Of a stretch of 64,000 nt of DNA, positions 15,501 to 32,560 are shown in pieces. The notes under the pieces are model-generated. The model was given only the letters and a program-made list of their open reading frames with translations, ran no database searches and was not told where the DNA came from. Every line of letters begins with the position of its first letter. The first letter of the stretch is position 1. The translations under genes and the position numbers were made by a program. The stretch comes from the human T2T-CHM13v2.0 reference genome, Homo sapiens: the NCBI RefSeq assembly GCF_009914755.1, contig NC_060934.1; one strand, written 5' to 3'.

Positions 15501-17136
15501 AATATTAGAGTTGTGTAAAGATCCAGTTACTTCAGAAGCACTGACCTCTGTACTATGCCTAGGGCTAGGGGAAATAAAGCAGAAGCTAAAGGAAGATTCT
15601 GACACCGGGTTGAGTTGCATGGCTATTTATTTCCCCAGGCTCATCATTGATGGCAGTGATGGGAGTGAATAATAGAAATTCTCCTGTTCAATACAGCCTT
15701 CAGATTTTGTTGACTCTGGAACTCTCCAGAACAAGCAGGGGGGCCTTAGGAACAGGAGAATAATAATTCATGCCAAGTTATTGTTTCTCAGTCTTTTAAA
15801 ACCTAAGCTCATGTTAGATAAACAAAAAATTCTCATGTCCCTCCTGGGGTCTTCTCCACTTGGTAAAAGCAATCTTTTCTTTCATAGACCCTCTGGCCAA
15901 GAAGATTTTGTAAATCTTCACTTTCTGTAGATTGTGTAATAAAAATGATAGATGTAGCTTGTGTTGTGTTGTTTTATACTTTTTCCCAAAAATACATACT
16001 TATAACACTAGATGGGCTTCTTTCTTTTATGCATGCTTTTCTGTGAGTTCTGCCCTATGGGATTTGAGTGTCATACTCAGGAGAGTAGAGTCTACCAGAT
16101 TTTATTCCAATAAGGGAGGCCAAATGTCTATATAGTCAGGGCCAAAGATTTTTGGCAGATGTTTTCTTCCTTATACAGCCTATTTTCTATGTTTGAGTTT
16201 TGCAAACATTTAGCCTTCACATACTCATATATTTCTCTTTACTTTTATAGGCTTTTCTCCCATTCATTTACTTAACAAGCATTTATTGAGTTATCCTTAT
16301 GTGCCAAGCATTGTGCTAAATAATGAGGCTATATAATAAAAAGATATATAGTCCCTATTCTCAAGGGACACACAGCATTGAAGAGGGCACAGGAGAGGAG
16401 ATCACTGATTTTAATACTGCATGACAAGGATTATAACAGAAGCAGACACAGGGGTGAGAGAAGCACAGAAAAGAACCAGCTTTCTCAGCTAGTCTTAAGA
16501 CCTTTGCTCTCCACACATTGATCTCCTATGGGAACAATAACTACAGAGAGAGAAAACAGTGGGTTTTCTTTTCTGAATTCTGTGGTTACCACACATATGT
16601 TGTCATAAGCAATCTCACTTTGGAATTCAGAGTACTTTATTTTTCTGGAAGCTATGGTCCTGGAGAATAGAACTGACATTTCATTCATCCGTACACACAT
16701 ACATCTACCCATCAAGGATGTATTGACTGTCATCTGAAGCCAGAGAAGCAGTAATTTCCTTGAGGGTGCTAGACCAAGGGAGCAAAGGCCATGCCCAATA
16801 GATTTAGGACAAATCCAACCAGACCATGACTAACCCACTCACCTCAGGCTCCTCTCGGACATAGTCCAGTGGCCCTAACTGGGTCAATTGCAGAACAGTG
16901 TCCATTGAGCATGAAGACAGATGCAATTACCAAACTTTAATCCATCATTTAGGAATAATCACAGCAAACCTAACATTTAAAATAACTTAAGGCTAGAAAC
17001 GTGAGTGTGTGAAGGAAGAAAAAAAAGTCACTTAAAGATAAAGAAAAGAGCATATTGGCAGCGGGCAATGCTTCCCGACGGTTCCTTTATGTCAGACAAG
17101 ACTCTCACACTCTTTATTCAACTAAGAACTCGGTCC

Positions 17137-17462
<326 letters not shown>

Positions 17463-17815
17463 TCAATCCAAGTCGCTATATTGCAAGTGTGGGAAAAGGG
17501 AAGAGAGTGATTCTCATCTGGCTTAAAAATGAAAATATATGCGTATATATATAGCTTCTGGAGAGCAGAAAGGAATTTAAATTTTATTTCTACAGCAAAA
17601 CATTTTTAAGTCAACCAATCAGAATTAGACCTTTCATAAGATGAGGGCTACATTCATAGACTATAACGTCAATATCTAAAGTCCAGGTGTTTTACCAAAG
17701 TCTTTTTAGCATTTGGAAATAGCACTTACAGCAACATTTTTATTATGCATGATGCCATTTACTTTTTCTCTGAAGCTGCAGGGGAAATATGCAACATTTT
17801 CTGTCTTATTTACAG

Positions 17816-17930
17816 AAGTTTCTTTCACCAGCACTTACAAAGGCCCATGAATTTTCGAGGCCAAAAACTGTAATTCCATTGGTTATCACAGAGAGAAAGA
17901 AACAGGCCCAAGGCACCCAAAACAAAAAAC
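17816..17930 (+). pseudogene. Relic A, candidate PNLIP exon-4 equivalent
   Basis: Good acceptor ttatttacag. KFLSPALTKAHEFSRPKT resembles LSDPSTIEASNFQMDRKT, and it lies in the correct order. Confidence 0.4.
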
Positions 17931-18532
17931 TTGAAAAAAGAAAAATGCAAAAGACAAATGGAACATTTGGCCGGAAGACAAATGGAACATGTTGATATTT
18001 TGTACCAGCAATGCAGATGACATTTTCTGAAATCTTAGAAACAGAAGTTTATTTCTGTTTGAACTTCCACAATATCTTAGAATCTAATATAGTGAATAGA
18101 GCATAGAATGGTGAATTAAGAGGATCTGGGATCTAGTTCTGATTCCAGCATCAATTAATGAAGTGGACTTGAGCAAATCTATTCTCCCCTTTAATCTTCA
18201 GTGTATCCATCTGTAAAACGAAGATAACATTCATGATTTCTGGGGTTACTTTCTTATTGTGAAATCCTTGAGGAAAATTAGGTTACAGAATGTGTACAGG
18301 AATGACTGGATAGATGGATGAATGAATGAATGACTCAGTCAATCAATACAAAAGAAGCTTTGGATTTTCATGTGTGGTCATAATTCTCCCCAATCATATG
18401 CAGCTATAATTACATATTTTTATGTTTTAGTGATGTTTACTGATTGCACCAAATAAATTCTAATTTTCCAAAAGTTTGATTTGTCTTTTTATTGTGGAAA
18501 GCCTTAGTTGACTTTAATAGATTTATTACAGT

Positions 18533-18549
18533 GCCCTCTAGTGGAAGAA
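18533..18549 (-). promoter_or_regulatory. CTCF-like motif in relic A intron 4
   Basis: The minus strand reads CCACTAGAGGGCAC; the same 17-mer occurs at 49623-49639. Confidence 0.65.
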
Positions 18550-18922
18550 TGAGCATATTGTGTCATCCTGCCGCTGCTTAGTAATCAACAAACCTCTACA
18601 TTTCACACATTTTTAATGAATCAAACCTCTATGCTTCTTGCAGTGAAATTTTCAGTTTTCAAGATCTCACTTGGATTAAAATTCTGGTTTATAACCAATC
18701 TTGAAATTTAGCAACAACAACATGTATTAAGGTAGAATATCATTTTTTAAAAAAACCCTCTCCTAATTATTGACTGATGCTCTTGGAGTAAGTGTACATT
18801 GGGCTATATAAAACATAAAGGACAAACCTCAATGCGTTCTCCAAATGCATGAATTACAACCAGGAAAGAAAGAAGATTCTGATATCCTGAACTCTTTGCT
18901 GGTTTACCATGTATGTTTCTGT

Positions 18923-19054
18923 CACATGTTTCAGGTGGGACAGGGACAGTACCCGTGGAACGCAGAAGAGGAGCACCAGGATGGAGAAACTCTAGCCTCA
19001 CCGACTGTTTAGGTTGTGAGAGCACACGGGGCATGTGCTGTGGGAGTTCTTCAG
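18923..19054 (+). pseudogene. Relic A, PNLIP exon-5 equivalent
   Basis: MFQV...LASPTV*VVRAHGACAVGVLQ vs LFKV...QASQNIRIVGAEVAYFVEFLQ; 132 nt; donor decayed to ctatct. Confidence 0.75.
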
Positions 19055-19762
19055 CTATCTGTCCTCAGGTTACATGGGAACTTACCATCTTACTCACTGG
19101 CCTCGGCTTCAATGTAATTGCTGTTGGTGTAGTAATCAATAGACATTTCTCCCCAGAAATTGAACTTTCCTCTTGATTGATCAGCAACTGAAAGCATATG
19201 AGGGAAATATTTAAGCTCTGCCTACAAACCAATTTCACACAATTAACTGGTCAGTTTTGTTTTTAAAAAGTGACAAAGGCATTTTAGTCAAGCAACAAAG
19301 ATGATGTTTTAAAGCAGAATTTCTCCAGTTACTGATTTCAATTTTAATATATCAACATACCAGATACCAACATACCAAAATATAACATTGGTTTGTATGT
19401 ACAGAGAGTGTTATGGAGTAAATAAAAAGCTAAAAAGAGATGTGATAACTTGAATTCCATAGGATTGAATAATTACCTTAATTAGTACCTTCTAGGACAA
19501 CATCTGATGTGATTAGTTTCTATAACAACTCTTCATGTTAAATTTAGATCACTCCTCATAGCAAAAGGATAATAGAAAGTTCTATGTCAACTGGCTTAAA
19601 AAATATATTTGCATTTTTTAATGTAACTATGGAAAAAAATCCATGAGTAATAAATCTTTGGGGTGCTGAAAATTCTTGCATTGAACAGAGCAAAATCCTG
19701 CCATCTCTCTAGCTTTTGTCACCTGAGTAAATCACGTTTCCAGAGGTTCCCTATATCTTTAA

Positions 19763-19871
19763 TTCTAACACTTCATATTCTTTTTCCCTATTTACATCAT
19801 TGGCAACAGGATAGGCTCCTACCCCATTGAGGAGGATAGGAGGATAAATGAGAACAGTGGGTGAATCACAG
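19763..19871 (+). pseudogene. Relic A, PNLIP exon-6 equivalent (nucleophile elbow)
   Basis: IYIIGNRIGSYPIEEDRRINENSG*ITG vs [29 protein letters not shown]; intact phase-1 donor G|GTGAG. Confidence 0.85.
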
Positions 19872-19936
19872 GTGAGCAAAAACAGTGAGCACTGGAAAAT
19901 GTATGACACTAATATACTCAGTGTAGTCCAGGCTAA

Positions 19937-21460
<1,524 letters not shown>

Positions 21461-21469
21461 GTTATTCTT

Positions 21470-24045
<2,576 letters not shown>

Positions 24046-25579
24046 AATTCTAATAGCTTTGGGCATTTTCTGATTGAGTTTTCATGACAACCCTATGAGG
24101 TATATACAGATGAGGCACCTGAGACTCAGAGAGATTAAGTAACTAGCCAAAGATCAGACAGATGGTTAATGGCAGAAACAGGGGGCAGACCCAAGCAGTC
24201 TGGCCCCAGTGTCAGTGGTACTGCAAAAAGGTGAATGTTTTACACATTGTGGACCACAAGAGTGATAAGAATCAAAAAAAATCTGGAATCTGACCAAATA
24301 GAGCACAGGGTTTTACTAAACCTAAAATGAGGGTTCACCATTTCTAGTTGCCATGGCAATGAACCACTTTAATGACAAGGCAGGCAAAATGAGGGGTGGG
24401 GGAATGATGTGCAAATGAAGTAATAGTAGTAAGGCAGAGAAACTAGGGGAGTGAAACTCTACTTGGGGGGAAGTTTGTGGATCCATTTGGGAAAGAATCT
24501 GCCACCAACATGTCATAGCAGCATCATAGGGAAGGATTTGCGTTCTAAATAATGGAACTAAATGAACGGTGATGCTCCAAAACACATATCTGTATATCTA
24601 TTGTCTCTCTCACTGGTTTGGTCAACAGAGAGTCAATAAATCAAAGAGTGAAAACCCACAGGGTCTGATTTTTTCTACCTGTCTTCATTTGTATCTTGAT
24701 AGGATGACTGTAGAACTCATTCTCCAGGTGCCCTATGCAAATTGGCTTTTGGAGGCTCTCCCTGCCATGGCACTGGGTGCCTGTGCGGTTAAATGGTAAT
24801 ATTTGCTGAAGAAAAATGTATGCTTTCAATTTTATTTTTCAGAGACAGGGCCACACTCTGTCACCCAGGCTGGAATGCAGTGACATGATCATAGTGTGTC
24901 CAGAATTGGTTCCTTCCGGTGGGTTCTTGGTCTCGCTGACTTCAAGAATGAAGCCACGGATCCTTGCAGTGAGTGTTACAGTTGTTAAAGATGGTGTGTC
25001 CAGAGTTTGTTCCTTCAGATGTTCAGATGTGTCTGGAGTTTCTTCCTTCCTGTGGGTTCATGGTCTTGCTGACTTCAGGAGTGAAGCCGCAGACTTTTGC
25101 AGTGAATGTTACGGCTCTTAAAGGTGGCGCGTCCAGAGTTGTTTGTTCCTCCCTGTGGGTTTGTGGTCTCACTGACTTCAGGAATGAAGCCGCAGACCCT
25201 CGCAGTGAGTGTTACAGCTCATAGAGAGCGTGGACCCGAAGAGTGAGCAGCAGCAAGATTTATTGTGAAGAGCAAAAGAACAAAGCTTCCACAGCGTGGA
25301 AGGGGACCCAAGTGTGTTGCTGCTGCTGGGTTGGGTGGCCAGCTTTTATTCCCTTATTTGGCCCCACCCACATCCTGCTGATTGGTCCATTTTACAGAGT
25401 GCTGATTGGTCTGTTTTTACAGAGTGCTGATTGGTGTGTTTTATTGAGCGCTGATTGGTGCATTTACAATCCTCTAGCTAGACAGAAAAGTTCTCCAAGT
25501 CCCCACCCGACCCAGAAGCCCAGCTGGCTTCACCTCTCAATCCCCCCTCTAAACAGGACACCCCAACTGCTGTTGGGAA

Positions 25580-26150
25580 TTAGGTGGTGACTGCTCTAGC
25601 TACTTCCTGCTGGATGGGGCAAAGAAGGGGCCCTGCAGATGTAGTGTCCTCCAGAGGGGAACTCTTTAGGCCAGTGGAAGGGCCAGCAGGTTGGTCCAGG
25701 GGTCCTCGGTAGAAGCTGCTAGTTGAGCTCATTTGGGGTTCCATTTGTAAGACCATCTGTAGCTTGATGGCATTGATCCTAGAGGAAACAAATTTGACAA
25801 GGAGGCTAAAAATACAGGGCCTGAAGATGAGTAATAGTAAGATGGCTGTCATGGGACCTAGAAAGGGGAGAAGCCATGTTGCCTAACTTCAGAGGTTGGT
25901 ATAAGAGTTTGAAGAGCATTGTCTGGTTTCAGAAGACTTTTCCTGTAAATGCCGGGCAGCGTCTTGTACTATCCCTGACTGGTTAGTGTAAAAACAACAC
26001 TCTTCCCCTAAGAAGGTGCAGAGTCCTCCTTTCTCAGCAGTGAGGAGGTCTAGGCCTCGGCGGTTTTGGAGAGTCACTGCTGCCAAAGAGTCTATTTGGG
26101 ATTATAGAGTAAGGATAGATTATGTTATTTCTTGCAAACTGTCTGAGAAA
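25580..26150 (-). pseudogene. HERV9 env transmembrane-subunit remnant
   Basis: [28 protein letters not shown] (immunosuppressive domain + CX6CC); broken by stops/frameshifts and lacking SU. Confidence 0.9.
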
Positions 26151-26759
26151 TCCTTTGAGAGCATGTGGTAGGAGGATAATACATGTTACACTGTTAGCAA
26201 ACTTTACTTTTGTTGAAAACCTTGTAAGCTTGGGATTTCAATTATTCTTTGCTATTAATAAGACCTCATTCAGTCCATATTAACTTAGAATTGGTATAGA
26301 TGGCTTCTTCCTGATTCTGTAAGTACTTTAATGTTTGGCTGAGTGCAAACAGTTCGCACATTTGAGCAGACCAATTATTAGGCAATTTTCCTAACTCTGC
26401 TTCTATAAGATTTTCCTTATCACTTACTGAATACCCATTGTGTCTTTTTCCCTCAATCACCTGGGAGGAACCATCTATTGTCCTGTCCTGAAGGGAGTTC
26501 TTCCTAGGTCTGGTCAGACCTTTGTATGGTAATTAATTAAGATTTAGATCCCCTGTTAGGAAACCTGCTGGGTTAAGGATTTTTGATAGGAAGGTTACGG
26601 GTTGTCAGTGGACTCAGTGCTTTTGGGCTACATTTACACTGACAACAAGGTGGTATTGGAGTGTAATACGGTCACGGAGAAGACCTTCAATTATCAATTA
26701 TAGGTTTTAAATTTACCCTGGCTTTTAAAGGAATAGGGTACACTGTTTTTTCTTTACTA

Positions 26760-27132
26760 CTTCTATCTCTCTTTCTTTCTCTTTGACTTCTTCTTTGTCT
26801 CTTTCTCTCTTTCTGACTCCCTCTTTGTCTGTCTCTTCCTCTCTCTCTTTGACTGTCTCTCTCTTTCTCTCTCTCTGACTCCCTCTTTGTCCCTGTCTCT
26901 TCCTCTCTCTCTCTTTCTGACTTTCTGTCTCTTTCTCTCTTCCTCTCTGTCTGACTCCTTCTTTGTCTGTCTCTTCCTCTCTCTTTCCTTCTCTTTCTTT
27001 GACTTTGTCTTTCTCTTTCTGTCTCTCTGACTCCCTCTTTGTCTCTCTGTCTCTTCATCTCTGTCTCTTTCTCTCATTGACTTCCTGTCTTTTTCTCTCT
27101 TTCTCACTCTCTGTCTCTGTCTCTCTGTCTCT
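26760..27132. repeat. CT/GA-rich low-complexity tract inside HERV9
   Basis: Degenerate ctctctctttctgactcc repeats. Confidence 0.9.
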
Positions 27133-30100
27133 GCCAGCCGCTTATGCTGCTGTTTCCACGTCCTTGGGTTTTTGCACTGTGTGCAATAACTCCATGGTTG
27201 CCTTGTGATATTTAATGGAGTTTCCCCCAGAGCTTAGGAACTCCCTTTCTTTCCATATTGCAGCATGGGCATGTAGGATTAGATAAGCATGCTTACTATC
27301 TGTAGGAAAGTCTCCCAGTTACAACTGAGGAGGTGGGAGAAATACCTGGTTACAGGCTGTCCCAGGATTCCTCGGATGGTAATGGACCTTGAGGACAGCT
27401 GTCTGGGACAAGAGTTTAACACTGAGAAATCCGCACCAGTGTCCAGGAGGAAGTCAATTTTCTGGCCCTCAGTGGTTAAACATACCCGGCACTCAGTGAG
27501 GGTGATGAGGTGAGCTGGTGCTTCCCCAGGCACCCTCAGTCCTGTTGTTGGATCATCTGGTTGGGGGCTTCTGGCCCGGAGAACCTTTGTCCTCTGGGGC
27601 AGTGCACCTTCCAGTGATTGCCTCAGCATTGTGGACATGGGCAAGGGGACAGCTTGTTTCTTGTTGGACAATCTTTTTTTAAGGTTTCCTTGCAAACAAC
27701 ACTGGTAACAAGCCCTACCGCGTGATTGGCCTGCTCCATTTTCTCTGAACCAGCAAGGTTTGTTTGTTTGTCTGAGGGCCATGACTAAGGCTACGGACTT
27801 TCTCTGATCTCGCTTTTCCTTTTGGGCCTCTTCCTTTTGGTCCTTATTATAGAACACTGAGGTTTCCAGGTTTAATAATGCCTCCAGATTTTGTTCAGGG
27901 CCCAGGGCTCGCTTTTGGAGCTTTCTCCTGATATCTGTGGCTGATTACCCAATCAGAATAAACTTATCTTTTAGGATCAATTGACCCTCAAGTGAGTCAG
28001 GTGATGGGAGTATATTTTCTTAAGGCCTCCTATAGCCACTCAAGGAAGGCAGAAGGATTTTCTTCCTTTCCCTGAGTTATGGCGGACATCATTGAATAAT
28101 TCATGAGCTTTTTCCTAATTCTCCTTAGTCCTTCTAGAACACATGTCAACAGATGTTTATGACTCCAGTCCCCATGATCTGAGTCAAGGTCCCAGTGGGG
28201 ATCCATACTGGGGATGGCTTGCTGACTGGTAGGGAATCTGTCTCTTTCTTCGGCTGTTATTCCATCATTTACTTGACTAAGATACCAGGTATCTCCAAAA
28301 TCTCAGGCTGCAGCTAAAGCCACATTCTTTTCATTAAAGGCCAGGGTTTGATCTAACAATAGCATGACATCTCTCCAGGAGAGATCAAAGGTTTGCCCTA
28401 GACCCTGTAGGACATCTATATACCTATCAGGATTATCTGAAAACTTCCCCAGATCTACCTTGATCTGCTTTAAAACAGAGAGGGAGAAGGGGACATGTAT
28501 GCAGATTAGGCCAAATTCCCCTTCCCCTACAGCTTGAAGGGGACATAACTGACAGCCCAGGGATTTTTGTGGTCCTTTGGAGATTTCTTTGCGTGTTTCC
28601 TTCTGGGAGGGGGAGATTAGAGGAGGCTTATCATTAATAGGAAGGGGAGCTATGGGGGTAAGCTGAGAGGTCCTCCTGTGGGATGTAAATTGCAAGCACA
28701 ACTATTCTGACCAGCAGGGTCCAGGGACCGTTGCATCTTCTTGGATAAGAGGTGTTTCTGCTGCTGCATCAGTGAGCGCAACTATTCCGATCAGTAGGAT
28801 CCAGGGACTGTTGCGGGTTCTTGGGCGGGGGAGAAACAAACCAAAACTGTGGGCTGTTTTGTCTTTTAGATGGGAAACACTCAGGCAGCAACAGGCTTAC
28901 CCTTGAAATGCATCCTAAGCCATTAGGACCAATTTGACTCGCACACCCTGAAAAAGAGGTGGCTCATTTTTTTCTGCACTGTGGCTTGGCCCCAGTATTC
29001 TCTCTCTGATGGAGAAAAATGGCCACCTGAGCGAAGTATAAATTATAATACTATCCTGCAGCTTGACCTTTTCTGTAAGAGGGAAGGCAAATGGAGTTTA
29101 TTTCCAAGCTTTCTTTTCATTGAAGGAGAATCCACTAGTTGGAATAGTTGCACTCACCAACGCAGCAGCAGAAACACTAGTTTTCCTCCTAGACCACAAG
29201 GAGGGCCAAGGAATGTCAGATTTAGTGGCCCTTATGGCCGCATTCTCGAAAACCTGTTAGAGTCCTAAGCATTCTCCTGTTAGTGTTGGGACATTACCCC
29301 TGTCCTATAAAGATGTTATGCCCTAAAAATGAAATGGAGGGCCATACCCTGAGGGAGGGAAGGCATCTCCAGAGTTGGAAGAGTGATGCCTTTTGTCCTC
29401 ACTTATATGAATAGGAAAGATACCATTTCTGAAGCTCCCCATATCCTAGCTTCAGGAATAGCTTTTATTAGGCCTGCTAGTCTCAGGAGGGATCCTAAAA
29501 TTCCAGATAGTAATCCCCACCACCGATGGGGCTTTGGGCAAAAATTGTGTCTTTCTGATTGGTGAGCCTGAGTGCCTAAAGAAGGGAATAGAGTCCTGAG
29601 GTTTATACTAGAAATCACACTTAGAGGAGAAACTACAAAAGCACCAGAGACAGGGAGTGGTTTTTGGAAGTGGGACTTGTCACGGAGAAGAGAGGCGAGA
29701 GGAAGTTTGTCTGACAGGCATTAGGACCCAGGAAGCAAGGGTCAGGATAGATAGGATAGATGGGCGAGTCTCACTTGGGCAACGTAACTTTGAGAGTTCT
29801 GCTTACGGTCGCAGGGTCAACCAACTTGTTGTTGGGACCCCGGAGCTGAATGGCTTTCCTCTCTGTCGACCCTCAGCTCAGCCCAGAAGTACAGGAAAAG
29901 CGGAAGCTGGTTCCAGGCAAACCAACGCTCCCAACTCCGAAGAGTCAGGGGTTGTTACAGAGCCCTTTCCCAGAAAGTCTGACACCTGTCTTTAGTGCGG
30001 CCGCCGTGCTAATCACTTTTAACTGGCCAACAGGTGCCCGGTATTTAGCCCCCGAATTGTAAGTAAAAATAGGACAGAATAGCAAGCGAAAGGGGTGGTG

Positions 30101-31289
30101 CTCACTGCTTGGCAATAGTCCCATCTGGGTTGCCAAAATGTGTCTGGAATTGTTTCCTTCCAATGGGTTCTTGGTCTCACTGACTTCAAGAATGAAGCCA
30201 CGGACGCTCGTGCTGAGTGTTACAGTTGTTAAAGATGGTGTGTCCAGAGTTTGTTCCTTCAGATGTTCAGATGTGTCTGGAGTTTCTTCCTTCTGGTGGG
30301 TTCGTGGTTTCGCTGACTTCAGGAGTGAAGCCGCCGAACCTCGTAGTGAGTGTTACAGCTCTTAATGGTGGCACGTCCAGAGTTGTTTGTTCCTCCCAGT
30401 TGGTTCATGGTCTCGCTGACTTCAGGAATGAAGCCTCAGACCCTCACAGTGAGTGTTACAGCTCTTAAAGGTAGTGTGGACCCAAAGAGTGAACAGCAGC
30501 AAGATTCATTGCAAAGAGCAAAAGAACAAAGCTTCCACAGTGTGGAAGAGCACCCGAGCGTGTTGCTGCTGCTGGGTCAGGTGGCCAGCTTTTATTCCCT
30601 TATTTGGCCCTGCTCACATCCTGCTGATTGGTCCATTTTACAGAGCGCTGATTGGTCCACTTTACAGCGTGCTGATTGGTGCATTTATAAACCTTTAGCT
30701 AGACACAGAGTGCTGATTGGTGTGTTTTTACAGAGTGCTGATTGGTGCATTTACAATCTTCTAGCTAGACAGAAAAGTTCTCCAAGTCCCCACCCGACCC
30801 AGAAGCCCAGCTGGCTTCACCGCTCAATAGCTCACTGCAACCTTGAACACCTGGGCTCAAATGATCCTCCCATCTCAGCTTCCTAGGTAGCTAGGACTAC
30901 TGGAACATGCCACCATGTCCACGCATTTGACTTTTTAATTTTTTACTATTTTGTAAAGACTGGATCTCTCTAAGTTGCCCAGGTTGGTCTCAAACTCCTG
31001 ACCTCAAGAAATCCTCCTGACTTGGCCTCCTAAAGTGCTGGGATTACAGGCGTGGCCCATCACACCTGGCCAAAAAAAATTATATATATATATAATTTTT
31101 GAACTAAATATTGAACTCAATATTATATATATATATATATAATTTTTATATATTTTACCTAAAGAATATGCCTTTTGTGTTTTCAATTTGTGGCTTTATT
31201 TTTCCAAAACATATTAACAAGAAAATGGAATAAATATATATATATATAAAATTGTTTAACTGCACTTAGAAAATGGAAGTAAAATTTTT

Positions 31290-32560
31290 TAATTAAAAAA
31301 AATATTACCAATGGTATGGAGAGAAATAAGGTGGGAAAAGACAGAGAAAGTCTGACTTTTCTGAATCTACTTTGTTTTGTAGATTTCATTTTGGAAACAT
31401 GTAGGTATTTTACATGATTATATAACAAAATAAACTAATAGAAAAAAATCCCTAAATATTGGACTCAATATGAAATAAATGAACTTCAGTGTGTATCTGG
31501 CTGATTTGCATAATCATATAAACGACTGCAAGTGATTTTATGGCAGTCATTTGATTTATATCCCCAGTGGGATAACCTGAAGGATAAAAAGATCTGCGAG
31601 GAAAAACCACATAAACTCTTTCCAGTATTTATATTGTTGTTGCTGGTGTTGATATTGCCATTTTGAGACTGATGCCTGTGTTGTTATTTTGAGATGATTG
31701 TAGGATAAAACAAATGAAAATTAAGTTGATGTCATTGAGAACCAGTACTTCTGGCACGGAAAAAAAAGGGATATACAGATGCAAGGTTAATGAGATTACA
31801 TAAAATCCTTTCGTACTGAAGTGGAATTCCAGTGGGAACTCATAATCCATTTTTTCTTTTTCTAAAATAAAAAGCTTTTGTACAGTCTAGAAACAATAAC
31901 CAGTCCAGTACTGATGAACACCCTAACACCCAAATTGTGACCCCCACTTGCCATTTCCCAATAAAAATAACCAAAGCTTCTTAGAGAAATGGCTGACTTC
32001 AGATTGAAGATGAGGCCAGCACATCTTGTCTGACCTGAAAGCAAACTGTCAAGGATTACAGGGTCATGTTAAAGAGACTAAGGAGCTGACTTAAATAGGC
32101 TCATACTTATTGCAGATGGGACGCTATGAGCATCAATAAATCATCAATAAACAGTAGTTATATGGCAATGGCCACAGATGGAAACATTTAAAAATTTGTT
32201 TACTCATAAGTTCAAAACGATACTAGAAATCAAAACAAAAAGTTTATTCATCACCTTTGGAGGATGATAAACTCATTACTTTGAAAATTGGCAAATAAAT
32301 GGTAAATCATTGATCCTGTTTTTCCTATATGAATTGTAACTCACAGTAATTAGTTATTAAAGAGACAAGTAATAGTAAATAGAGAGGCAAATTCCTCTTT
32401 ATAGAAATATTCTAGCTAATACATGAAATAGAAATTACATAATTAGGATACCATTATTTTCAAACCTTAAAGAATTATAGTATCTAAGCAATGATTATCA
32501 TTGGCTACTAACATCACAAAAAGAGAGACAACCAGATATCTGGATATCAGAGTCGTGAAA
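31290..32560 (+). mobile_element. Old L1MC-type 3' region
   Basis: Diverged L1M 3' UTR-like sequence, recognised by eye. Confidence 0.55.

Larger units (their letters stand above)
24895..30826 (-). mobile_element. HERV9/LTR12-type provirus, internally deleted
   Basis: LTRs at 24895-25539 and 30139-30826 with CCAAT repeats, 4-bp TSD ATAG, tRNA-Arg PBS at 30118-30135, PPT at 25540-25554, gag, protease (LDTGA) and env TM remnants. Confidence 0.93.
24832..31071 (-). mobile_element. AluJ split in two by the HERV9 insertion (24832-24894 and 30827-31071)
   Basis: The Alu reads contiguously ...gatc-ATAG-ctcactgcaacc across the provirus. Confidence 0.88.

Noticed and set aside
25370-25480. Regularly spaced gctgattgg repeats, superficially CRISPR-like
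   Set aside because: Standard LTR12 U3 CCAAT repeats in a eukaryotic genome; no cas genes.
26687-27208. Arg/Glu/Lys-rich ORFs
   Set aside because: Translation artefacts of the GA/CT low-complexity tract.
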